From: an uncultured virus (IMG/VR IMGVR_UViG_3300006103_001171) | Lineage: Duplodnaviria; Heunggongvirae; Uroviricota; Caudoviricetes | Virus record (IMG/VR): IMGVR_UViG_3300006103_001171 | Strand: one strand, 5' to 3' | DNA length: 64,000 nucleotides | Position numbers and translations under genes: made by a program | The notes under the pieces: generated by a model | Database searches by the model: none | Seen by the model: the letters and a program-made list of their open reading frames with translations, nothing else | What the model was told of the DNA's origin: nothing | Part shown: positions 40,410 through 49,263 of the stretch, in pieces | Layout of the letters: the number at the start of each line of letters is the position of its first letter | How positions within the stretch are numbered: the stretch's first letter is position 1

Positions 40410-40946
40410 ATGGAAAAAGAATTTTTAATTGATTGTATTAATAAAGGGTTAAGTCTAAAAAAAATAAGTAAATTATGTGGTAAAGCACCTAGTACAATAA
40501 CATATTGGTTAAATAAATTTAATTTAAAAACTAATAATTTGTCGTTTAAAGTTAAAGGAAAAATTGATTATAATAATCAAAGATGTTGCCCAAAATGTAA
40601 AATTACTAAAGAATTAAATGAATTTTATAATAGACGTGATAAAATAGGTAGTTCAGTTTATTGTAAAACTTGTACCAATAAACAAGTTTTAGATAGACAA
40701 CGGGAACTTAAGCAACAAGCTGTTGATTATAAAGGTGGGTATTGTATAATATGTGGTTATAATAAATGTAATGCGGCGTTAGAATTTCATCATTTAGAAC
40801 CAGATAAAAAAGATTTTAGCATTAGTCAATTAAAAAAATATGCCTTTACTGAAAATATAAAAAAAGAATTAGATAAATGTATTTTGTTATGTTCTAATTG
40901 TCATAGAGAATTTCATTCTGGTATTTTAATTCTAAGCAAACTATAG
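40410..40946 (+). CDS. HNH homing endonuclease
   Basis: 'YKGGYCIICGY...LEFHH...KCILLCSNCHREFH'; start taken at MEKEFL after the ATATTTATT box. Confidence 0.85.
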   Translation: MEKEFLIDCINKGLSLKKISKLCGKAPSTITYWLNKFNLKTNNLSFKVKGKIDYNNQRCCPKCKITKELNEFYNRRDKIGSSVYCKTCTNKQVLDRQRELKQQAVDYKGGYCIICGYNKCNAALEFHHLEPDKKDFSISQLKKYAFTENIKKELDKCILLCSNCHREFHSGILILSKL

Positions 40947-40969
40947 CAGTTCGAATCTGCTCGAGACCA
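40930..40969 (+). pseudogene. 3' half of a disrupted tRNA-Arg (TCT)
   Basis: TTCTAAgcaaac...gcag-TTCGAAT-ctgc-t-cgagacc-A. Confidence 0.75.
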
Positions 40970-40979
40970 CATTTTTTAT

Positions 40980-41067
40980 GGAGAGCAAACCCTGACGGTG
41001 AGGGGGTCCGCCTGCTAAGCGTGAAGTTCGGCGAAAGCTGGATTCGGTTCAACTCCGATGTTCTCCG
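40980..41067 (+). tRNA. tRNA-Ser (GCT)
   Basis: cgc-CTGCTAA-gcg, long variable arm, acceptor ggagagc/gttctcc-G. Confidence 0.7.
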
Positions 41068-41088
41068 CATTTTTCATTTGTTGTTTTT

Positions 41089-41112
41089 AAGGGTACTTCG
41101 GTACCCTTTTTT
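41089..41112 (+). terminator. Terminator closing tRNA array 2
   Basis: aagggtac-TTCG-gtaccctt followed by a T-run. Confidence 0.85.
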
Positions 41113-41135
41113 ATTTTATGGGATATTTATAAAAT

Positions 41136-41780
41136 ATGCAAAAAGCTAAATTTATACTTCACGAACAAATGAATCGTATTCATGAATTATCTGGAAACAA
41201 TATGGTTTCAGGTAAACATCTAGTTGTTGTTGATATTCAACCAGAATACGAACAATGGTGCAGTCACATTCTCCCAGAATTTGTTGATTTTTTAAATGAA
41301 AACTATGAAACCCTTTCCAGATTAACTTTCCTATATAATGGTGATAGTCTTGGTATGGTTTCTGAGGGTAACTATCAAAATTGGTGGTTCGATAATGGCT
41401 TAAGTGAAGATGTAATTTACAGTTCAAGGTTTTATGATAAAGGCTACGCATTTTTTAGGTATTGTATTGATGAGGGTATAGATGATGAAACTATTGTTAA
41501 CCTAATAAAGTACATGCTTGAAAAGGATGTATTTGATACTAGAGAATTAGATGAGGAATTCTGGGATGAGTATGTCGAAAGATATGGTGCTGCGCATATC
41601 AGAGAATTATTAGAATTTGCTGGGGACTCAATGAATATACCAGACCTTATGGATGAATTAAAAAATTATACAAACATAATATTATGTGGTGGTGGGATTG
41701 ATGAGTGTCTTAAAGAGGTTGAAATAGCTCTTCAAGTACTTAACAAACACTATACTGTTTTAACAAAATATACATACTAA
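41136..41780 (+). CDS. Isochorismatase/cysteine-hydrolase-like protein
   Basis: 'LVVVDIQ' and 'ILCGGGIDECL' motifs. Confidence 0.45.
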   Translation: MQKAKFILHEQMNRIHELSGNNMVSGKHLVVVDIQPEYEQWCSHILPEFVDFLNENYETLSRLTFLYNGDSLGMVSEGNYQNWWFDNGLSEDVIYSSRFYDKGYAFFRYCIDEGIDDETIVNLIKYMLEKDVFDTRELDEEFWDEYVERYGAAHIRELLEFAGDSMNIPDLMDELKNYTNIILCGGGIDECLKEVEIALQVLNKHYTVLTKYTY

Positions 41781-42442
41781 TGAAAATTTTAAACATATTT
41801 AAAAAACTCATATTAGAAAATGAAATACCTCTTGATGAGGAGTATCCATTAAGTTGGAGTATCGAAGAATTTAAGAAGTTAAGAAATTTTAGTCAAAGGG
41901 TTAAGTATTGTGAAACGCATCTAAAGCGTATATCATCAGGTTCTGGTAGAATTGCTTATAAGATTGATGAAGAAAAGGTTCTTAAATTGGCTAAAAATGA
42001 AAAGGGTGTTTCACAGAATCAAGCTGAAATTCAACAATCTGATGATTATTACTTACAACCAATACTAGCAAATGTATTTGAATACGATGAGAATGGGTTA
42101 TGGGTTGAAATGGAACTAGCGAGAAAATTAACTGCTGGTGATTTTAAAAGACTTGTTGGTTTTAATTTTAAAGACTATGCAGAATTATTACATAATCACG
42201 GTGTTGTAGCCAATCTTGGTCGTGGTTTTAAATACTCAATAGATAAAGAATTATCAGATGCTATGTGGGATAATGATTTTATATCTAGTATACTAGATTA
42301 TATTGGTAGTTGGGGTGTTCCATCGGGTGATTTAGAACGTCTTAATACATATGGTATAGTTAAAAGAGATGGTAAGGATACTATTGTAATTGTTGATTAT
42401 GGCTTAACTGAAGAAGTTCTTAATAAACATTATAAAAGATAA
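41780..42442 (+). CDS. Protein kinase-like protein
   Basis: 'SSGSGRIAY', 'VLKLAK', 'GDL....YG' and 'VDYG'. Confidence 0.6.
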   Translation: MKILNIFKKLILENEIPLDEEYPLSWSIEEFKKLRNFSQRVKYCETHLKRISSGSGRIAYKIDEEKVLKLAKNEKGVSQNQAEIQQSDDYYLQPILANVFEYDENGLWVEMELARKLTAGDFKRLVGFNFKDYAELLHNHGVVANLGRGFKYSIDKELSDAMWDNDFISSILDYIGSWGVPSGDLERLNTYGIVKRDGKDTIVIVDYGLTEEVLNKHYKR

Positions 42443-42491
42443 ATTTGTTTAATTAAAATTTATGTCATATATTTGCTTTTTAAAAACAATT

Positions 42492-42809
42492 ATGGACATA
42501 CATAAGAAAATTAAAGACTTTGAAGATAGTTTAAAAATCTTTGCACACAAATTGGCTGAGCAAGGTAAAGAAACTGAGGTCGCAGCTAAAATTCTTGAGA
42601 AACACATAAAGGGTATTGATGTTACACCTGAAGAAGATGTGTTATTAAAACAAAACATTTACGATACCTTAAAAATAGCTGGAATTGGTATACCATTTAT
42701 GCTGATACCAGGTGCTAGTGTCATATTACCAGCGTTAATTATACTAGCGAAAAAAAACAATATTAATTTATTACCGTCAAAATTTATTGAAGATGAAAAA
42801 AGTAATTAA
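42492..42809 (+). CDS. Hypothetical protein with a hydrophobic segment
   Basis: ORF from MDIHKK, after a TATATTTG box. Confidence 0.55.
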   Translation: MDIHKKIKDFEDSLKIFAHKLAEQGKETEVAAKILEKHIKGIDVTPEEDVLLKQNIYDTLKIAGIGIPFMLIPGASVILPALIILAKKNNINLLPSKFIEDEKSN

Positions 42810-43725
42810 GCAAATCTTAAGAGAAAACACTGAGAAGAATATTTTAGGTATTACCGTAACAAGACCTAATCAAGAGTTGATTATTATGAGAGGAATCTCT
42901 GGTAGTGGTAAAAGCACAATGGCTAAATCATTAGTTAAGGGTGGTGTCATACATTCAACCGATGACTTAATAGAAGCAACTGGTGATTATAATGGATTCT
43001 TTGCTAAAATGATAGAAGCAAATAACTTTGCTGATTTAAGTCGTATGCACTCTAATAACCTCAAGAATGCGATGAAATCTATGGATAATGGTATAAGTCC
43101 AGTCATAATAGATAACACGAATTTAAGACCTAGTGAGGCTAAACCATACGTAATGTATGCGTTAGAGATAGGCTATGCTGATGATAATATTAAAATTGTT
43201 GATGTTGGTACTGGTGGGTTAAGTGCTGAAGCTTTAGCGGCTAGAAATTCTCATGGTGTTCCATTAGAGAATATTCAACGAATGATTAATACTTATAATG
43301 GTGTCGGCCCTTTAACTCTCAATAAAATTATTGAGGCTAGTGACATGTATAAATCATCTAATGTTTTATATTCTTGTGTTTTATTAGATGATAATTCACG
43401 TAATTTATTATTATTAACATTTGCCGATGTTATACCGAATGGATGGAAAACGATAGCACATCATATGACAATTGTTTTTGGTAAGGGTATTGACGATAAA
43501 AATGAGTTGGGTAAAGAAGTTGTATTAACAGTTACAAACGTTGGATGGAATGATAAAGCAATAGCTGTTTTGGTTGATGGTTATCCATCTAAAAATGCTA
43601 ATCCACATATTACATTAGCTATTAATCCAGATGGTGGTAAACCTAAGGATTCTAATGAAATTACAGATTGGAAAAAAATTAGACCATTTAAAATAAATGG
43701 TGTTGTGACAGAAATTAAAAAATAA
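42793..43725 (+). CDS. Polynucleotide kinase (P-loop) fused to a 2H cyclic phosphodiesterase
   Basis: 'RGISGSGKST' and 'IIDNTN'; C-terminal 2H motifs 'HMTI' and 'HITLA'. Confidence 0.8.
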   Translation: MKKVIKQILRENTEKNILGITVTRPNQELIIMRGISGSGKSTMAKSLVKGGVIHSTDDLIEATGDYNGFFAKMIEANNFADLSRMHSNNLKNAMKSMDNGISPVIIDNTNLRPSEAKPYVMYALEIGYADDNIKIVDVGTGGLSAEALAARNSHGVPLENIQRMINTYNGVGPLTLNKIIEASDMYKSSNVLYSCVLLDDNSRNLLLLTFADVIPNGWKTIAHHMTIVFGKGIDDKNELGKEVVLTVTNVGWNDKAIAVLVDGYPSKNANPHITLAINPDGGKPKDSNEITDWKKIRPFKINGVVTEIKK

Positions 43726-43771
43726 ATTTGTTTGTTTGGTTTCTATTCTGTATATTTGCAAAAAGTTTTTT

Positions 43772-44146
43772 ATGACAAAAGAAGAAAGAAGGCTTGACCT
43801 AAGCGGTAAGCTATTAAAAATGGGTGAGTCTTTAATATTAGAGGGTCGAGATTCTATGGATGGTTGTGTCATGGAAACTGGTAGTGCGTTAATTTTATTG
43901 GCTAATATCATTGAATCAGAAGATGATATGTTTGTTTTTGGTGAATTTGTATCTATGTTTTCAGCTAAGAAAGTATTAGAGGAAATGGAAAATAAGAAAA
44001 AACCTAATACAACTGAAGATTTACTAAAGGAAATTCTTGATTCATTTAAGAATGTCGGTAGTGATTTACCAAAAGAAACACCCAAAAAGACTCGTAGACC
44101 AAGAAAAAAAAGAAACGACAATGATGAACCAGAATCTGGTTCATAA
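43772..44146 (+). CDS. Hypothetical protein
   Basis: ORF from MTKEER. Confidence 0.55.
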   Translation: MTKEERRLDLSGKLLKMGESLILEGRDSMDGCVMETGSALILLANIIESEDDMFVFGEFVSMFSAKKVLEEMENKKKPNTTEDLLKEILDSFKNVGSDLPKETPKKTRRPRKKRNDNDEPESGS

Positions 44147-44169
44147 TTTTTAATATTAAAAAATAAAAT

Positions 44170-44760
44170 ATGTTAGCAATAGTAGAATACATAAAGAAAA
44201 ATGGTTTAGATAATGCTATCGAAACTTTTAATTTAAAGGCTAAATTATACGAAAATAAGGTTCACATTAAATATGACCAAATAGGTTCGGATATGTCTCT
44301 TAAGGAGGTTCAAGAATGTCGTGGACTTATCCTAGATAGAAATACATTTGATGTAATCTCAATGTCCTTTTTCAAGTTCTTTAATAACGGTGAAACTAAT
44401 GCTGCTAAGATAGACTGGGATACAGCTCATGTATTTGAAAAAGTTGATGGTTGCCTTGATGAAAATACGTTGATAACGACTAATGAAGGTGTTAAAACGA
44501 TTAAGGAAATTTGTGAAGAAAAACTTAATTGTAAAGTCTTGTCATATTGGGTTAATAGTAATGAGATTATCTTTGATGATATAATTGGATGGTCAATTAA
44601 GGATAATATTAATGATTGGTATGAAATTAAATTGGATGACGAAACTTCAATTAAACTGACTGGTAATCATAAGGTTTGGTTACCAAAGCTAAATTGTTAT
44701 AGACAAGTTTCAGATTTAACGGAAGCGGATGAATTCTTATTAAGTACTAAAAAAAATTAA
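44170..44760 (+). CDS. T4 Rnl1-like RNA ligase N-extein fused to split intein N part
   Basis: 'ECRGLIL', 'KFFN', motif I 'EKVDG', immediately followed by intein block A 'CLDENTLI' and block B 'LTGNHKV'. Confidence 0.88.
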   Translation: MLAIVEYIKKNGLDNAIETFNLKAKLYENKVHIKYDQIGSDMSLKEVQECRGLILDRNTFDVISMSFFKFFNNGETNAAKIDWDTAHVFEKVDGCLDENTLITTNEGVKTIKEICEEKLNCKVLSYWVNSNEIIFDDIIGWSIKDNINDWYEIKLDDETSIKLTGNHKVWLPKLNCYRQVSDLTEADEFLLSTKKN

Positions 44761-45146
44761 ATTCTGGCAGCAATGTTTCAAATTTAGAAAAACGAATTGG
44801 TTATACTTTAGATAATTTAAATATTAAATTTGAAACTCAATATTTAATTAATAGGTTTTCTTATGATTATTATATCAATGATATAAATTTATTAATAGAG
44901 GTTAATGGTGATTTTTGGCGTGCTAACCCAATAAAATATTTACCTGATGATATATTACCATTTCCGAAAAGTATTGAAATTAAAGCCAAAGATTTATGGT
45001 TAAAGGATAAACGAAAGAATGAATTAGCGATTAAAAATGGTTTTAATATAGTTACAATTTGGGAAATGGAGATTAATAATTTAAATAGTGTTGAACTTGA
45101 AATATTTTTGTTAAATAAATTAAATAACTTTATAAATGGAGACTAA
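44751..45146 (+). pseudogene. Start-less Vsr/DUF559-like endonuclease frame between the intein halves
   Basis: -1 frame open from the A8 run: ..SNLEKRIGYTLDNLNIKFETQY..YDYY..LLIEVNGDFWRANP..KDKRKNELAIKNGFNIVTIWE..; no upstream ATG. Confidence 0.75.
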
Positions 45147-46098
45147 CGTAGTTAAAATAAAATCAATTAAAAAAATTGATTCTAATTCGAAAAGATATGA
45201 CATACAAACAAAATTAACTAATAACTTTTTCGCTAATAATATTCTAGTTCATAACTCGATGATGCAAGTTTATTGGGACCCTTACGCTAATAAGTGGTTT
45301 GCTGGAACTACAGGTACTGCCGAAGGTGAGGGTGAAGTAAACAATAAGTCTGGGACAACGTTTAATGATTTGTTTTGGCAAGTTGTAAACGACAAAGCTC
45401 CAAATATGCTTAGGTGGTTAAATAAGTTAAAGCATTGCACGTTTGTGTTTGAATTAACAACACCTTATAACATTGTGGTTAAGCCGCATGGTGAATCTAG
45501 TATTACACTTTTAGCTGCAAGAGATAATCAAACACTTAAAGAGTTAAGGTATATTGATTTAAAGGTATTAGCAACAACTTTTGGTGTGCCAATAGTTAAA
45601 TTATTCGACTTAAAAGCTAAGAACTTTGGTGACTTGATTAGAACATTTGAAGGAATGCCATGGTCTGAAGAAGGTTATGTCGTAATGGATGAAAACTTCA
45701 ATCGTGTTAAAGTTAAGAACCCAGCATACTGCGCTGTACATTTACTAAAAGGTAAATCAGCTGAACATAACATTTTAACAATCGTTAAGTCTAACGAAAT
45801 TGAAGAATTCGCATCAACTTTCCCAGAAAGAAAAGAAGAATTATTTAAGCTTAAGGCCAACTACGATTTGTTGAATGCAAAGTTAAATTCAGTGTGGGAT
45901 GAACTAATACCAAGAAAGCCTAAAAACATAACAGCTAATGAAAAGAAGTTGTTTGCGGCTGCTGTATTTGAAGTTTGTAAGAAGCATAAGGTTGATAATT
46001 TCACTGGGTTATTCTTCCAATTGGAAGCTGGTAAAATAGAATCAGTTGATGAGTATTTGATGGAATATGACAATAAAAAGTTGTACCATATACTTTAA
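45136..46098 (+). CDS. Split intein C part fused to RNA ligase C-extein
   Basis: 'VKIKSIKKI..RYDIQT..NNFFANNILVHN|S', followed by ligase motifs 'FEL', 'EGYVV' and 'RVKVKN'. Confidence 0.88.
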   Translation: METNVVKIKSIKKIDSNSKRYDIQTKLTNNFFANNILVHNSMMQVYWDPYANKWFAGTTGTAEGEGEVNNKSGTTFNDLFWQVVNDKAPNMLRWLNKLKHCTFVFELTTPYNIVVKPHGESSITLLAARDNQTLKELRYIDLKVLATTFGVPIVKLFDLKAKNFGDLIRTFEGMPWSEEGYVVMDENFNRVKVKNPAYCAVHLLKGKSAEHNILTIVKSNEIEEFASTFPERKEELFKLKANYDLLNAKLNSVWDELIPRKPKNITANEKKLFAAAVFEVCKKHKVDNFTGLFFQLEAGKIESVDEYLMEYDNKKLYHIL

Positions 46099-46158
46099 AA
46101 AATAAATTTGGTGGAATGAAAGTTCCACCTTATTTTTGCACTCTAAATAAAATAAACA

Positions 46159-46890
46159 ATGACAATTAAGCAAATTTTCGATGAAATCGCAAGCGAATCA
46201 TCTACGAACAAAAAAGTTGAAATCCTTAACAAGTATAAAGACAATGACTTATTAAAGAGGGTTCTGTATTTGGCTAATTCACCTCGTATTAAGTTTTATA
46301 TCAAGCAAATTCCAGAGTATGAATCTGGTCCATTTAATCAAGACTTATCAGTTGGTTTGGATAGCTTGAGTCCATTATCCTTAAGGCAATTAACTGGACA
46401 TGCTGCCATAAATCACTTAGCTGCAACTCTTGAGTTTTGTAGCGAAGATGATGCTTATATCATCGAGCGTATCATCGAAAAGGATTGCAAAATTAATTTG
46501 GGTACTTCACTTATTAATAAAGTATTTCCTAAACTAATTGAAGAAACACCTTACATGGGTGCTAAGGCTTTTGATGAGAAATTAGCTAAGGCTATATTTA
46601 AAGATGGTTCAGCTTTAAGCCAAGTTAAGATGGATGGTCGTTATTGCAATGCTGTAATAGCGAATAATTCAGTTGATATGGAAAGCCGCCAAGGTGAACC
46701 AACGCTATTAGGTGATGCGTATTTTATAAGCGAATTAAATCAGCTTAAGGATTGCGTTTTAAACGGTGAGTTGACAATGAAGTGTATTGAATCTAAATTT
46801 ACTTTTAATAAAGACGATTTAATCGAAATTGACGGTATTAAATATACCACCAAAGAAATAAAAAATAAATTTTTACCATTAATTGAATAA
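46159..46890 (+). CDS. ATP-dependent DNA ligase, N-terminal half of a split gene
   Basis: Motif I 'KMDGRY', motif III 'VLNGEL', then a 35-aa non-ligase tail. Confidence 0.85.
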   Translation: MTIKQIFDEIASESSTNKKVEILNKYKDNDLLKRVLYLANSPRIKFYIKQIPEYESGPFNQDLSVGLDSLSPLSLRQLTGHAAINHLAATLEFCSEDDAYIIERIIEKDCKINLGTSLINKVFPKLIEETPYMGAKAFDEKLAKAIFKDGSALSQVKMDGRYCNAVIANNSVDMESRQGEPTLLGDAYFISELNQLKDCVLNGELTMKCIESKFTFNKDDLIEIDGIKYTTKEIKNKFLPLIE

Positions 46891-46928
46891 AATGAAAGTT
46901 CAACATATTTATAAATAAATATAAATTT

Positions 46929-47825
46929 ATGTATGTAACTTATTTAATTATTTATAATGGTGATAAATTACCACCATTATATATTGGGTCAACTAGTTTA
47001 GAAAAAATAGAGAATGGGTATCGAGGGTCAATCTCATCGAAGAAATATAAAAATATTTTTAAAGAAGAGTTAAAAAGTAATTTTAACCTATTCGATGTTA
47101 TCATTCTATCAAAACATGAAACTAGAATTGAAGCATTGGAAATGGAATTAGATTTACAAAAAAAGTTTGATGTGGTAAAATCAAATAAATTTATGAATCA
47201 ATCCTTAGCATCAGTTAATGGCATGTTTGGTATGGATGTAAATGGTAAAAATAACCCAATGTTTGGTAAGAAACATTCAGACAAAACAAGAAATGTACTA
47301 AAGGAAAAACGTGGAAATAATAAACGATATGAATTAACCGATAAACATAAAGAAATTATTAGTAAAACACACGCTAATAAAGTTATTTCTGAAAACACAA
47401 AAAAATTAATTTCAGATAAATTAAAGGGTAAATACATAGGTAAAGATAATCCTATGTTTGGTAAAAAACATAGTGAAGAGACTAAAATTAAAATATCTAA
47501 AAGTAACAGTGGTAAAATTAGAACAGATGAATTCAAACAAAGAACATCCGAATTAAATAAGGGTAAAATTATTTCTGAAGATACCAAGATAAAAATATCT
47601 AGGGCTAAAATCGGAAAAAAACGTACTTCTTTTAGTAAAGAGTGGCGAGAAAATATATCTAAAGCTAATAAAGGTAGAATTCTTAGTGAAGAAACTCGAA
47701 AAAAACTGAGTAAACCAAGAGAATCAACAAAATCGGTATGCCCATATTGTGGGTTTATTGGTGGTGGCGGTAATATGAAACGCTATCATTTTGAGAATTG
47801 TAAAATAAATAAAAATAAGGTATGA
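46929..47825 (+). CDS. GIY-YIG-like homing endonuclease with NUMOD3 repeats
   Basis: 'YVTY...LYIGST', repeated 'NPMFGKKHS.ET', and C-terminal 'CPYC...MKRYHFENCK'. Confidence 0.85.
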   Translation: MYVTYLIIYNGDKLPPLYIGSTSLEKIENGYRGSISSKKYKNIFKEELKSNFNLFDVIILSKHETRIEALEMELDLQKKFDVVKSNKFMNQSLASVNGMFGMDVNGKNNPMFGKKHSDKTRNVLKEKRGNNKRYELTDKHKEIISKTHANKVISENTKKLISDKLKGKYIGKDNPMFGKKHSEETKIKISKSNSGKIRTDEFKQRTSELNKGKIISEDTKIKISRAKIGKKRTSFSKEWRENISKANKGRILSEETRKKLSKPRESTKSVCPYCGFIGGGGNMKRYHFENCKINKNKV

Positions 47826-48652
47826 ACATTAATTCTAATGAAATAAAAAAAATAATAGTTAATAACGATGGTAGTCTTGAAATATTGACAATGAAGGGTA
47901 TATCTCGTTACGAGAGCAACGGCATCATAGCATCTCTTATTTCAATTAGAAAGAAAGAATTAGATGGTAAGGATGTACGCAAGGAAATACTTGAGTTTGA
48001 AAAAGAACACATGGTTTATCAAACAGCGTTGGATTCAATTATTTTCACTGCTTGGGATATGATAACACTTGAAGAATATACTGCCGCTAAATCAGTTAGA
48101 CAATATCGTGAAAGATACGCTGAATTGGTTGCGCTATTAAACGCTAATAATTTTACCAATCTTTCAGTTGTTGAAACAAAAGAGGTTAAGACTTATGAAG
48201 AAGCTATTGAACACTTTCAAGAGGTTTTAGCTAGAGGTGAAGAAGGTACAATACTTAAATCATCTAAGGGTGCTTGGAAAGACGGTAAACCTAACCATCA
48301 AATTAAGCTAAAAAAAGAAATTAATCTTGATTTAAAAATTGTAGGTTTTAATTACGGAACGGGTAAAAATAAAGACGTTATATCATCCATTGATGTTGAG
48401 AGTTCAGATGGTTTACTTAAAACGAGCCCGACAGGAATTAATGAATCTATGATGAAATTTATCACAGAAAATCAGGATAAACTTTTGAACACTATTATTG
48501 AGGTAAAGTGTTCTGGGTTGTCAAAGGATTCAGATGGTAATTATTCTTTGTTACACCCAGTATTCAAATCTTTACGTACTGATGAAAAGAGTATTGCTGA
48601 TTCATTAGATGAGTGTATTAAAATAGATAAAGCTGCTATGGGGTTATCTTAA
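47822..48652 (+). CDS. ATP-dependent DNA ligase, C-terminal half
   Basis: 'RYESNG', 'WDMI', motif IV 'EEGTILK', motif V 'KLK', and OB-fold 'HPVF..LR.D'. Confidence 0.85.
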   Translation: MNINSNEIKKIIVNNDGSLEILTMKGISRYESNGIIASLISIRKKELDGKDVRKEILEFEKEHMVYQTALDSIIFTAWDMITLEEYTAAKSVRQYRERYAELVALLNANNFTNLSVVETKEVKTYEEAIEHFQEVLARGEEGTILKSSKGAWKDGKPNHQIKLKKEINLDLKIVGFNYGTGKNKDVISSIDVESSDGLLKTSPTGINESMMKFITENQDKLLNTIIEVKCSGLSKDSDGNYSLLHPVFKSLRTDEKSIADSLDECIKIDKAAMGLS

Positions 48653-48830
48653 CGGCGTACCAACCAATATACATTTTATTAGCAATTAATACTTCTTTTT
48701 TAATTGTATTTCCTTGGTATATTGGTTTACCATTATTGTAATAAGATTTTCTTAATGCCTTCGTTGGTAAACCATTTGTTTTACATATTGTTTCAAAATT
48801 ACCGTTACACATGAACATAAGTAAGTTTAT

Positions 48831-49247
48831 TTGTTAAAAAAACAATGGGTGAAGAATAATCATCAAGGTGTAAATGAATATCGTAAAAATTACTATTTAA
48901 ATAATAAAGAAAAAATACTAACAAAAAATAAAGAATGGAATAAAAAAAATGCGCATATTGTATCTTGGCGCACCATTTTGAAATCGCAACTTAGGAGAAT
49001 GGGTAATAGTAAAGAAGGAAAAACAATTGATTTATTAGGGTATTCAGCGTTAGAACTGAAAAACCATATCGAATCCTTATTTACTGAAGGTATGACTTGG
49101 GATAATCATGGTGAATGGCATATTGACCATAAAATACCCGTAACTAAATTTGAAAAAAATGTTCCTCCACATATTGTAAATGCGTTAAATAATTTACAAC
49201 CATTATGGGCGAACGAAAACAGAAGTAAATATAATAAAATTTTATAA
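48831..49247 (+). CDS. HNH-type endonuclease (possibly truncated)
   Basis: 'GMTWDNHGEWHIDH..P...NLQPLWA.EN..K'. Confidence 0.7.
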   Translation: MLKKQWVKNNHQGVNEYRKNYYLNNKEKILTKNKEWNKKNAHIVSWRTILKSQLRRMGNSKEGKTIDLLGYSALELKNHIESLFTEGMTWDNHGEWHIDHKIPVTKFEKNVPPHIVNALNNLQPLWANENRSKYNKIL

Positions 49248-49263
49248 ATTAAAAATAATTGAA

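Noticed and set aside
46783..46890. DNA ligase tail starting with Cys as a split intein
   Set aside because: There is no TxxH block, and the partner head lacks the terminal HN followed by C/S/T.
46891..46928. Group I introns explaining the split ligase and TROVE genes
   Set aside because: Non-coding gaps beside the endonucleases are only tens of AT-rich bases, with no visible ribozyme core. A covariance search should still confirm this.
48636..48818. Minus-strand 60-aa ORF as a functional gene
   Set aside because: It looks like a C-terminal fragment of a homing endonuclease ('GWYA' ending) next to a truncated HNH; there is not enough support to call it.
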